Shown here one piece after another: positions 40,083 through 48,887 of a stretch of 64,000 nt of DNA. The position numbers and the translations under genes are program-made. Each line of letters begins with the position of its first letter. The stretch's first letter is position 1. Source of the DNA: Spirochaetia bacterium. GTDB lineage: Bacteria > Spirochaetota > Spirochaetia > UBA9216. The stretch lies in the NCBI GenBank assembly GCA_963675665.1, contig OY776510.1, positions 2,304,001-2,368,000 on the forward strand, written 5' to 3'. The notes beneath the pieces are model-generated. The model was not told the DNA's origin. It saw nothing but the letters and a program-made list of their open reading frames with translations, and searched no databases.

Positions 40083-41612
40083 ATGAATGATGAAAGTATA
40101 AATACCTCCAAGGGTAAAACAGTATTATTGAATAATATCAGCAAACATTTTGGCGGTATTTATGCCTTAAAAGGCGTGAATTTTGATTTAACAAATGAGA
40201 TTCATTCGATTGTAGGTCACAACGGTGCCGGTAAGTCTACTTTGGTAAAGATCCTGATGGGTGCGGAACAGCCTGACGAAGGTACTATTTTCAAGAATGG
40301 AAAAGAAGTTTCATTCTCTTCTCCAAGAGAAGCGCAGGAAAGCGGAATTGCCATGGTTTGGCAAGAGCTGGCTAATTTTCCGAATTTGACTATTACCGAG
40401 AATCTTTTAATGCATCGATTCAAATACGATAAATTTAATAAAATTGACTGGAAGGCCAGTCATGAAACGGCTGAAACTTATCTGAAACGTATTAATATCA
40501 ATATTAGTCCGACCATGATTATGGGGAAACTGACTCTGGCCCAACAGCAGCTAATAGAGTTTGCAAAGGCGTTATCATATAATCCTAAAATTCTGATTCT
40601 TGATGAACCTACTTCGGCATTATCCGTTACCGAACAGCAAATTGTATATGAGAAAGTAAATATGATTAAATCGCAGAATGTTTCTGTTGTATTTATATCA
40701 CATAAACTTGATGAGATTCTTTCGCTTTCAGATCGAATTACGGTTTTACGAGACGGCAGAAAAATTTTTACAAAAAACATACGAGAGTTGGATAAACAGC
40801 AGATAATTGACGCTATAGTCGGGACTGATAAAAAATCAAACACAAATAACATTCTAAAACCTTTCCAAAAAATCAGCTTAAAGACCAGAAAAGAACCCGT
40901 TTTGAAAATAAAGAATTTGAATTTAAAACGCAGGCTTAATGATGTCTCGTTTAATCTCTATCCCGGTGAAGTATTGGGATTTTCAGGAGTCTCAGGCTCG
41001 GGAATATCTGATATCGGTAAAATCCTGTACGGTATTGAACAGGAGTATTCAGGAACAGTTATATTTAACGGAAATGAATACCTTCCCGCATCTCCCGGCA
41101 GAGCAGTTGAAGCCGGATTCGGTTATGTTCCCAAAAACAGAAAGGATGAAGGCATCATTCCCCAGATGACAGTCGGAGATAATATTGTTTTATCAGCACT
41201 CAGAAATATTTCGATTTGCGGTTTTGTCAACAGGAAAAGGCGAAATGAAATTATCAATGGTGTTATGGACATGATTGATTTAATACCAAGAGAGCCGGAA
41301 CTGCGTATTGATAAACTGAGCGGCGGCAACCAGCAGAAAGGCGTAATAGCGCGATGGATTAGCAAAGACTCCAGGGTGCTGATATTCGATGAGCCCACAA
41401 GAGGTGTTGATGTGGGAGCCATTGCAAAAATTTATTCTTTAATTCGGCAAATGGCAGAGAAGGGTTTAAGTGTAATCGTGATATCCAGTGAGTTTGAAGA
41501 AATTCATGATATTGCAGATCGTATAGTTGTGCTTAACAGGGGAAGGGTCGCCGGCGAGATTGATCCTTGCAAGCAGAGATGGGAAGACGCATTTGCACTT
41601 GCAATAAAGTAA
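40083..41612 (+). CDS. Sugar ABC ATP-binding protein (CUT2)
   Basis: GHNGAGKSTL, LSGGNQQK, FDEPTRGVD. Confidence 0.95.
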   Translation: MNDESINTSKGKTVLLNNISKHFGGIYALKGVNFDLTNEIHSIVGHNGAGKSTLVKILMGAEQPDEGTIFKNGKEVSFSSPREAQESGIAMVWQELANFPNLTITENLLMHRFKYDKFNKIDWKASHETAETYLKRININISPTMIMGKLTLAQQQLIEFAKALSYNPKILILDEPTSALSVTEQQIVYEKVNMIKSQNVSVVFISHKLDEILSLSDRITVLRDGRKIFTKNIRELDKQQIIDAIVGTDKKSNTNNILKPFQKISLKTRKEPVLKIKNLNLKRRLNDVSFNLYPGEVLGFSGVSGSGISDIGKILYGIEQEYSGTVIFNGNEYLPASPGRAVEAGFGYVPKNRKDEGIIPQMTVGDNIVLSALRNISICGFVNRKRRNEIINGVMDMIDLIPREPELRIDKLSGGNQQKGVIARWISKDSRVLIFDEPTRGVDVGAIAKIYSLIRQMAEKGLSVIVISSEFEEIHDIADRIVVLNRGRVAGEIDPCKQRWEDAFALAIK

Positions 41613-41628
41613 GACATGGAGAAAGTTT

Positions 41629-42603
41629 ATGGAAATTCATGATTCAAGGTTTAAACAAGTTACGAAAGAATTAGCCAAAAACGGTGTGGTGATCATTTTT
41701 ATCAGTATTGTAATAATTATTGCATTACTTACAAACGGCAAAAGTATAAAAATGTCGAATATCCTGAATATATTGGTTCAGACAACTACTACCGGGCTTA
41801 TCTCTATTGGCATGACCCTGGTTATTATCGACAGAGGGATAGATCTGTCCGTAGGCGGAATTGCGGCGCTTTCAAGCGCTGTAGGGGCTATCTGCATGAA
41901 ACAACTGGGGTTTTCATGGGGTATCTGTATTTTGATTATGCTGTTGATAGGATTGGTATTTGGCTTGCTGAATGGCCTTGCTGTCGCGCTTCTCCGGATG
42001 CCGGCATTTATCTGTACAATGGCTATGCTGCAAATAACCAGAGGGAGCGCACATTTCCTGCTTGGCGGTACTACTGTATACGGACTTCCTGAGGAACATT
42101 CTGTTTTCGGGCAGGGGACATTACTCCATATTCCACTATCAATATGGATACTTGTGCTGTTTACTGTTTCCGGAGCGGTATTCTTGAAATACACGCGTTT
42201 CGGCCGTGAACTCTATGCAATGGGAGGAAATCCAAAGGCAGCCTGGATCGCCGGCATTAATGTAAATAAAAACAGGATAATGATTTATGTTATCTCAGGG
42301 TTTATGAGTGCTGTTGCCGCGCTGATTATTACATCAAGAATAATGTGTGCGCAGATAACAATTGGTGAGGGTATTGAACTTGATGCCATAGCCAGCGCTG
42401 TGATTGGAGGCGTCAGTATGGCCGGTGGTGAGGGCGGAGTGATTGGAACTGTCGTAGGTGCATTAATTATAGTAATGGTAAACAACGGTCTTAATCTTCT
42501 TGCAGTTTCGCCATACATCCAGACTGCAATTAAAGGCCTTGTGATATTTTCTGCGATAACAGCAGATTTATTACGGCGAAGAAAACAGCTTAAAAATTCA
42601 TAA
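41629..42603 (+). CDS. Sugar ABC permease
   Basis: GIDLSVG, FGRELYAMGGN, ELDAIASAVIGG. Confidence 0.93.
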   Translation: MEIHDSRFKQVTKELAKNGVVIIFISIVIIIALLTNGKSIKMSNILNILVQTTTTGLISIGMTLVIIDRGIDLSVGGIAALSSAVGAICMKQLGFSWGICILIMLLIGLVFGLLNGLAVALLRMPAFICTMAMLQITRGSAHFLLGGTTVYGLPEEHSVFGQGTLLHIPLSIWILVLFTVSGAVFLKYTRFGRELYAMGGNPKAAWIAGINVNKNRIMIYVISGFMSAVAALIITSRIMCAQITIGEGIELDAIASAVIGGVSMAGGEGGVIGTVVGALIIVMVNNGLNLLAVSPYIQTAIKGLVIFSAITADLLRRRKQLKNS

Positions 42604-42663
42604 AAAGATTAATCATAAAAAACACAGCATATGGCTGTAAAAATTTTAAAAGAGGAGAGAATT

Positions 42664-43761
42664 ATGAAAAAGGTAGTGTTATTGGTCATAATGACGGCAC
42701 TTATCGCAAGCATCGGGGGGTTTGCTTCCGGTGAACAGGAAAGTACGCAAGCGGGAACTCAGAAAGCGGTAGTATCTGAAGGCCCATTGGCCGGCAAAGC
42801 TGTTGATGAGAACGGAAAGCCGTACATACTTGGGTATGTACTGAATGAAACCGGAAGCGGGTGGATGTCCGCAAACATGAATTATGTAAAAAGTCTTTGG
42901 GAGAGAGCCGGAGGAAAATTTTATTCATTTGTTTCCGATTACGATATGTACAAGGAAATATCAATGATGGACGATCTGATGCAGATGGAGCCCGATGCTA
43001 TTCTCCTGCATCCAAGCGATAGCTATGCAATAGCGCCTGCTGTGAAAAAAGCAAAAGCTGCCGGGTATCCGGTTTTTGCCATTGATATTGGAGTTATGGG
43101 TGAAAAGGTTAATTCCTTTGTTTCAACTGATCAGGCCGATATGGGTTATGCTTGCGGCAAGTATGTTCTTGATAATTCTTCTGCAAGTAAGCCAGCTCAG
43201 ATTCTTGAAATAGCTGGCGGACTTGAACAGGTAGCTGCACAGCTAAGACAGAAAGGTTTTTATGAAGCAGTAGAAACTTCTGATTATGCAGAAGTAGTAC
43301 AGACTATTGATACCGGATGGTCCAGTGATGTAGCGTTTGACGGTATTCAGGATGCTTTTGAAAGAAATCCGGATATAAATGTTATTTTTTCTCATTCCGA
43401 TTTTATGATGCAGGGAATACTCGAAGGACTTAGAGTAAAAGGCAAACTTGTTCCCAAGGGAGAGGAAGGACATATAACGGTTGTATCAATTGATGCGGAT
43501 CCTCTTGGTCTTCAGGGAATCCGTGAAGGTCATATCGATATGTGTGCTGAAAATAATCCTCTAACGCCATCAGCTGTTGTTATAAATATTATCCTGGCTG
43601 AACTTTACGGAGTGGATTATAAGGATGAATATGTAATCGAAGTCCCTGTGGTAACAGCAGAGAATGTTGATTCAGATGCCCGCTGGGCTAATTTACCGAG
43701 CGGCAAATATGATGAATGGTCAGTTGCCGATCAGGATCTTTTCCCCACACCAGTCAGGTAG
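42664..43761 (+). CDS. Sugar ABC substrate-binding protein
   Basis: Signal peptide (FASGEQE); periplasmic binding protein type 1 motifs. Confidence 0.9.
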   Translation: MKKVVLLVIMTALIASIGGFASGEQESTQAGTQKAVVSEGPLAGKAVDENGKPYILGYVLNETGSGWMSANMNYVKSLWERAGGKFYSFVSDYDMYKEISMMDDLMQMEPDAILLHPSDSYAIAPAVKKAKAAGYPVFAIDIGVMGEKVNSFVSTDQADMGYACGKYVLDNSSASKPAQILEIAGGLEQVAAQLRQKGFYEAVETSDYAEVVQTIDTGWSSDVAFDGIQDAFERNPDINVIFSHSDFMMQGILEGLRVKGKLVPKGEEGHITVVSIDADPLGLQGIREGHIDMCAENNPLTPSAVVINIILAELYGVDYKDEYVIEVPVVTAENVDSDARWANLPSGKYDEWSVADQDLFPTPVR

Positions 43762-43956
43762 AAGATGATTTAAGATGAAACTGCAGTCGGACTTACTTGC
43801 TCTTAAAAGGAAGTTCGGCTGCTTATTCATTTTCGGCTGATGAAAACATGTGGGCGGAGAGTAATGATCGGTATTTCATGTCTTTAATAAAAGGGTTGTT
43901 CAGGTATCGGGTTAATTCAGGAATCTATTCCTCCTTGTTTATATATCAGTTATAGG

Positions 43957-44784
43957 CTATAGCTTCTGGCAGCTGCCACAAAAGTATACGCTTCCGCCCA
44001 TGTATGCTGCTTTTTCAATAGGGGTGCCGCAGGTGACGCACTTTGTGCCTGCTGTGTTTTTGCTCATTTTTGTCCGGTAACCGCCCGGTTTTCCAAACAG
44101 GTCTTTTTCCGTGTCGCGGCCTCCCTTCTCAATGATTTCACCCATTGTGGTGCGGATTGATTCATAAAGGTTCTTTACCTCGCCTTGCGACAGACTGTCC
44201 CATCTGCGTTTCGGATGAATGCGGGCATTATACAATATGTCCTGAAGCACGCCGTTTCCGAGACCCGGAATGCGCTGTTCGGTTGCAATAACGAATTTCA
44301 CGCTTTTATTTTTTAATTCGCTTCCGCCGGTTAAAGACAAGAAATACTCCGGGCTAAAATCCGGGCCCAGCAGATCGGGTTTGCTGACGGCCCCCCGGTA
44401 GTAATCATTATCATAATCATCCGTGTCCGCGCAAATTATTCCGCCGTACATCTGTATTGAGGCGCTGAGGTATGACTTATCTGTAAACCTGACCAGCAGC
44501 TGGTGTTTTTTCGGAATATTGGAATCATCCGGGTGACTCGCAAGTTTTACGCCGTCGCTGAAAACAAGCATTTTGTCCCGGACCTGAACCTGAATCATCC
44601 CTCCGCGGCGCAGCGCTCCTTCAATTCTTTTCCCCGCAAGCTGCTGATGGTATTTCTCGGGTTTCCCGTTGTACCAGGCGAATTTATTCGGCGAGAAAGC
44701 TGCCGTAACGTTTTCAATTTTTTTACCTGTCAATACACGATTGATCTGTTCGGCAATAACTGCCGCTTCCGGAAGTTCCAGCAT
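43957..44784 (-). CDS. Fpg/Nei family DNA glycosylase-like protein
   Basis: MLELPE N-terminus, H2TH motif IPGLGNG..QDIL..ARIHP, C-terminal CxxC...FCxxCQ zinc finger. Confidence 0.88.
   Translation of the reverse strand: MLELPEAAVIAEQINRVLTGKKIENVTAAFSPNKFAWYNGKPEKYHQQLAGKRIEGALRRGGMIQVQVRDKMLVFSDGVKLASHPDDSNIPKKHQLLVRFTDKSYLSASIQMYGGIICADTDDYDNDYYRGAVSKPDLLGPDFSPEYFLSLTGGSELKNKSVKFVIATEQRIPGLGNGVLQDILYNARIHPKRRWDSLSQGEVKNLYESIRTTMGEIIEKGGRDTEKDLFGKPGGYRTKMSKNTAGTKCVTCGTPIEKAAYMGGSVYFCGSCQKL
43961..44014. repeat. Right direct repeat (within the 3' end of the nei-like gene)
   Basis: 51/54 identical to 13956-14009. Confidence 0.9.
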
Positions 44785-44938
44785 ATAAATACCCCCGTTT
44801 TCATTGTTGATTATACTATGAAAAGATTCCGGGCGATATATAAATTATGCTTTGCTGACCAGCAGCAGATATCCTGAAATCAGTGCAAATCGCTGCCCTG
44901 CGCATACCCGGTATTCATCCGTAGCTGTATGCACAGAT

Positions 44939-45030
44939 AAAAAATCCCCGCCCGATGAATGTTTATCGGGCGGGGTAAAAGGAGGTTATGAAAATTCAGC
45001 ATTACAGCACTTGTCCCTGTTGTAATGCCG
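44939..45030 (-). ncRNA. Candidate ~90-nt trans-acting sRNA with anti-SD/anti-start motif
   Basis: 5' hairpin (GCAUUACA/UGUAAUGC), single-stranded UUUUCAUAACCUCCUUUU, 11-bp GC terminator stem plus U6. An extended -10 and direct-repeat box lie upstream. Confidence 0.6.
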
Positions 45031-45035
45031 GTAAC

Positions 45036-45100
45036 AGGATACCAAAAAACTGAGGGGCGTTGGTTAAGGGCATGTAAACTGAATGTAAACAATGTAAAAA
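45036..45100 (-). promoter_or_regulatory. OmpR/PhoB-type direct-repeat box and -10 for the candidate sRNA
   Basis: Minus strand TTTACA-ttg-TTTACA-N5-TTTACA-N5-TTAACC, then TGgTATCCT. 33/41 identical to 57651-57691. Confidence 0.65.
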
Positions 45101-45149
45101 AGAAATGCTGTTTTATCGATTCCCCGTGGTTAATACTGTCTTAAAATTC

Positions 45150-45175
45150 AAAAAGACCGCCCTGCCGGGCGGCCT
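45150..45175 (-). terminator. Intrinsic terminator of asd
   Basis: Minus strand AGGCCGCCC-ggca-GGGCGGTCT followed by a T run. Confidence 0.8.
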
Positions 45176-45212
45176 GAAAAAATCGATATGTTTACTTGAA
45201 ATGAACGCTGCA

Positions 45213-46328
45213 TTACCCCAGATGCTCAAGCACAATCTTTATCATTCGTCTGACCGGTTCGGCGGCTCCCCAAAGCAGCTGATCTCCGACCGAAAAGGCT
45301 GTCAGGTATTCGTTACCCAGATTCATCTTGCGCACGCGGCCGACCGGAACGGTAAGGGTTCCGGTAACTGCAGCCGGAGTCAGCTCTGCCAAAGTGGCGG
45401 ATTTTTCGTTCGGAACGAATTTTACCCAGTCGTTATGAGAAGAGATGATATTCTGTATCTCATCAAGCGGAATATCTTTTTTCAGTTTAATTGTAAAAGC
45501 CTGGCTGTGACACCTCATTGAGCCTATTCTTACGCATTGCCCGTCTATCGGAATCGGCGAGTCTTCCCGGCCGAGTATCTTGTTTGTTTCCGAAATACCT
45601 TTCCATTCTTCTTTTGTCTGTCCGTTTTCCATTGGGGCGTCAATCCAGGGGATAAGGCTTGCGGCAAGCGGCGCTCCGAAGTTCTGGATCGGAAAAGTTT
45701 CATTGCGTAAGGTAGAAGTGATTGTCCGGTCAAGATCAAGTATAGCCGACGACAGGTTGTCCAGATCCGGCGAAGCGTTTCCTGTTATCTGCATTTGTTT
45801 AACCAGCTCGCGCATATTTTTTGCGCCGGCGCCCGATGCCGCCTGGTATGTCATTGACGTTAGCCATTCTACAAGATCTTTTTCAAAAAGTCCGCCGAGC
45901 GCCATAAGCATAAGCGATACTGTGCAGTTCCCGCCGATATAGTCTTTTATACCCGAAACAAGTCCGTTATCGATTACAGATTTGTTTACAGGATCAAGCA
46001 CTATTATACTGTCCTTGTTCATTCTGAGTGTTGAGGCAGCATCAATCCAGTAGCCTTCCCAACCGGCGGCTCTGAGTTCAGGATGCACCTTTGTAGTGTA
46101 AGAACCGCCCTGACATGTCACAATTACATCCATTGTCGACAGACTTTTAATGTCGTAAGCGTCTGCCAGAGGGGGCGTTGCAACGCCGATATCCGGCCCT
46201 TTCTGTCCGGCTTGTGAAGTCGAGAAGAAAAGCGGTTCAAAGCCGTTAAAGTCCTTTTCAGAAAGCATTCTTTCCATCAGAACCGAGCCGACCATGCCTC
46301 TCCATCCGATGAACCCTACTTTAACCAT
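45213..46328 (-). CDS. asd: Aspartate-semialdehyde dehydrogenase
   Basis: [44 protein letters not shown]. Confidence 0.97.
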   Translation of the reverse strand: MVKVGFIGWRGMVGSVLMERMLSEKDFNGFEPLFFSTSQAGQKGPDIGVATPPLADAYDIKSLSTMDVIVTCQGGSYTTKVHPELRAAGWEGYWIDAASTLRMNKDSIIVLDPVNKSVIDNGLVSGIKDYIGGNCTVSLMLMALGGLFEKDLVEWLTSMTYQAASGAGAKNMRELVKQMQITGNASPDLDNLSSAILDLDRTITSTLRNETFPIQNFGAPLAASLIPWIDAPMENGQTKEEWKGISETNKILGREDSPIPIDGQCVRIGSMRCHSQAFTIKLKKDIPLDEIQNIISSHNDWVKFVPNEKSATLAELTPAAVTGTLTVPVGRVRKMNLGNEYLTAFSVGDQLLWGAAEPVRRMIKIVLEHLG

Positions 46329-46475
46329 GTTTAGGTCTCCTTATAATATTAGAGGTCCCGAAAATTCTGTTTCGGAGGCACTCCTTAAGTTTTTTGCTTT
46401 TAAATTAGTATAGATAAACTATGTGATATTAAAATATAGTATATTTATCAGGTTTTAGTCTATATTTCTGAATCA

Positions 46476-47801
46476 CTATATTTTATCCTGTCTGAAGAAA
46501 TATAACGCTATCAGCAGTGTCATACTTTCTGCAAACAGGAATGTAAGCCAGATGCCTCTGTTTCCCAGCAAAAGAGGCAACACGGCAAGACCGATCAGCA
46601 GCATAACAAGGCTGCGCGACAGCGCTATAACAGCAGACTGGGCAGGTCGGTCGATTGCAGTGAAAAACATGGCGGCAGTGATATTAACTCCCAGCAGAAG
46701 CAATGAAAAACTGTAATAGAAGGTAATCTCTGATGCAAGTGCAATGACCTGCAAATCCGATACAAATACAGCTGCAGCCTGGTTGCGGAAAAGTTGCAGC
46801 AGAATAAAGGCGATCAGTCCGAATCCGAGATTTGTCAGTATTGCGAGATTTCGAAAGCCTTTTACGCGTTTTATCATGCCTGCGCCCTTATTGAAGCTGA
46901 CGCCTGCATGAATTGCCTGTGCTGTGCCGTAAAAGATAATACCGAAAATTTCACCGACGTATGCTGCTATACTATAGGCGGCAACTCCGTGCGCTCCGAT
47001 ACGGTGCATCAACACCAGATTGAAGATATATACCGATATCCCGATCGATGTTTCGTCTACAAACTCGGATACTCCGTTATAACACATTCGTAAGAATTCC
47101 TTCAATCTGAAGACCGGTTTAACAAATTTCCATTTTGTACGGAATACAAGATAAAACTGCATTGCCGAGAATGGGATAACCTGTGAAAACCCTGTAGCAA
47201 GCGCCGCCCCTTCAATACCCAGTCCGAGACGACCTACCAGCAGGTAATCACAGATAACGTTTGTTAATGATCCTGCAAGCATCATCGCAACGGGAAAAAC
47301 CGGCGAGCCGTCTCCCCTGATAAAAAGATCCTGGGTGAAGGTAAACATAAAAAGAGGCGAGAACATCAGAATTATCCGCAGGTAATTCTGAACAAGCAGC
47401 TCTACACTGTCGTCGGCTCCCAGCAGGGCGGGAATAAAACGAAGCATACCAAGTCCGAGCAACAGCACAACTATACTGAAAGCGGCAAGTGAGAGCATTG
47501 TTACTGTATAGTAGTTATCGGCGTTCCGGTTTTTCCCTGCGCCCCTGGAAATGTTTGCGAGTGTCGAGCCGCCTATGCCTATCATCAGGCTTATTCCGGA
47601 AAAGACCATTACAAGCGGCCATGCCAAGTTGATGGCGGCCAGGCCGTCCGGGCCTACAAAACGACCGATAAAGATGCCGTCAATGACCTGCGCTGTAGAC
47701 ATCGCCAGCATACCCAGAACAGAAGGCACAGCGTAACGAATAAAGATTTTTAATATCGGATCTTTTCCAAGAGCCAGTTTGGACTTTTTCATTTTAATCA
47801 C
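46476..47801 (-). CDS. MATE family efflux transporter
   Basis: IDGIFIGRFVGPDGLAAINL, LGIEGAALAT; about 12 TM helices. Confidence 0.92.
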   Translation of the reverse strand: MIKMKKSKLALGKDPILKIFIRYAVPSVLGMLAMSTAQVIDGIFIGRFVGPDGLAAINLAWPLVMVFSGISLMIGIGGSTLANISRGAGKNRNADNYYTVTMLSLAAFSIVVLLLGLGMLRFIPALLGADDSVELLVQNYLRIILMFSPLFMFTFTQDLFIRGDGSPVFPVAMMLAGSLTNVICDYLLVGRLGLGIEGAALATGFSQVIPFSAMQFYLVFRTKWKFVKPVFRLKEFLRMCYNGVSEFVDETSIGISVYIFNLVLMHRIGAHGVAAYSIAAYVGEIFGIIFYGTAQAIHAGVSFNKGAGMIKRVKGFRNLAILTNLGFGLIAFILLQLFRNQAAAVFVSDLQVIALASEITFYYSFSLLLLGVNITAAMFFTAIDRPAQSAVIALSRSLVMLLIGLAVLPLLLGNRGIWLTFLFAESMTLLIALYFFRQDKI

Positions 47802-47860
47802 CCGGCGGCAAATTTGCCGCCGCTATGGATTATGATTATACAACTATAAATGCCGGAAGA

Positions 47861-48412
47861 TCAGTCTTTAATTTTTTCCCTTATATCTTCAAGCGACATT
47901 CCTCTTTTTTCAGCTTCCTCAAGGATTATCCTGACTGCTTCAGCTGCAGCTTTTCCTACTATGCCGGTGCATTTTTCAGTATGTGCTCCGTCAGCATTGA
48001 ACTGATCCATTTCAACCTGGCTCCACATATTATAATTTCGGCCGAAAAGTTTTTTATGAATGTCTTTGCATGTAATGGTCCCGTATTCCCTGATGAAAGA
48101 CTGTCGAAGCTTCAGCGTCATGTCGTAGGCGGTAGTTTTATCTTCAACGTCTCCGTCCATCGCCGAACGGCGTCTTCCGAATATGGATGCCATTGCAAGA
48201 CTTCCTCCAGCGTATCCGCCGCATATTCCGTCGCACATCCTTCCGCCGCCTCCTGCAAAACCGGTACAGGCTTTTATAAGGTTGGGGTTATCTATTCCAA
48301 GTGTGTCATAAATACCTATCATTGTACACTGCGCACAGCCGCCGTATTCTTTTTCGGCTTCAAAGCCCGATTCATATGCTTTTTGCATCAATTCTTTTTT
48401 GTTTTCGATCAT
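47861..48412 (-). CDS. C-GCAxxG-C-C family putative redox protein
   Basis: GCAQC, GFAGGG, ICGGYAGG, ITCKDI, KCTGIV. Confidence 0.88.
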   Translation of the reverse strand: MIENKKELMQKAYESGFEAEKEYGGCAQCTMIGIYDTLGIDNPNLIKACTGFAGGGGRMCDGICGGYAGGSLAMASIFGRRRSAMDGDVEDKTTAYDMTLKLRQSFIREYGTITCKDIHKKLFGRNYNMWSQVEMDQFNADGAHTEKCTGIVGKAAAEAVRIILEEAEKRGMSLEDIREKIKD

Positions 48413-48525
48413 ATGTTTACCTCTGATACCATATTACAGAAAAAAACTGCTTTTGACATTATTTGAAATTTTTTTTTGATCATAACCAATTTATGTTTAT
48501 AATTAATATATAAGGGGGATAGCTT

Positions 48526-48849
48526 ATGAAAATCAGATTATTAGCAGAATCTCCACTGGTTTTTGAAGACCACAACGTTCAGGGACGGGAGATGTATGAA
48601 AAAAGCGGTACAACCGTTGTTCATCTTCTGCTCGAAAAAGGCGGAATCCTTCCGTCCGTTGCACAACATCATGATGTATTCTTTTATGTTCTTGAAGGGA
48701 AAGGCCGGATATCGGTGGGTGATGAGTTATTTGATGTCGAATCCGACACACTTGTAAAATGTCCGATTGATATTCCACATGGCGCGGAGAATACCGGAAA
48801 GGACGTTTTAAAACTGTTGATGGTCAAATCTCCTACAAGTACTCCATAA
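48526..48849 (+). CDS. Cupin domain protein
   Basis: FFYVLEGKG, PIDIPHG. Confidence 0.85.
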   Translation: MKIRLLAESPLVFEDHNVQGREMYEKSGTTVVHLLLEKGGILPSVAQHHDVFFYVLEGKGRISVGDELFDVESDTLVKCPIDIPHGAENTGKDVLKLLMVKSPTSTP

Positions 48850-48862
48850 ATGGAGTACTCCA

Positions 48863-48887
48863 TAAAAGACCCGGCTAGGGTCTTTTA
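48863..48887. terminator. Bidirectional terminator between convergent genes
   Basis: TAAAAGACCC-ggcta-GGGTCTTTTA. Confidence 0.7.

Larger units (their letters stand above)
14010..43960. mobile_element. ~30 kb catabolic genomic island bounded by 54-bp direct repeats; no integrase visible
   Basis: Flanking direct repeat of a gene 3' end; purely accessory catabolic content; more AT-rich by eye than the right flank. Confidence 0.65.

Noticed and set aside
44880-45092. 70-aa minus-strand ORF as an attenuator leader peptide
   Set aside because: No RBS; it starts inside the promoter box and runs through the terminator. The sRNA reading fits better.
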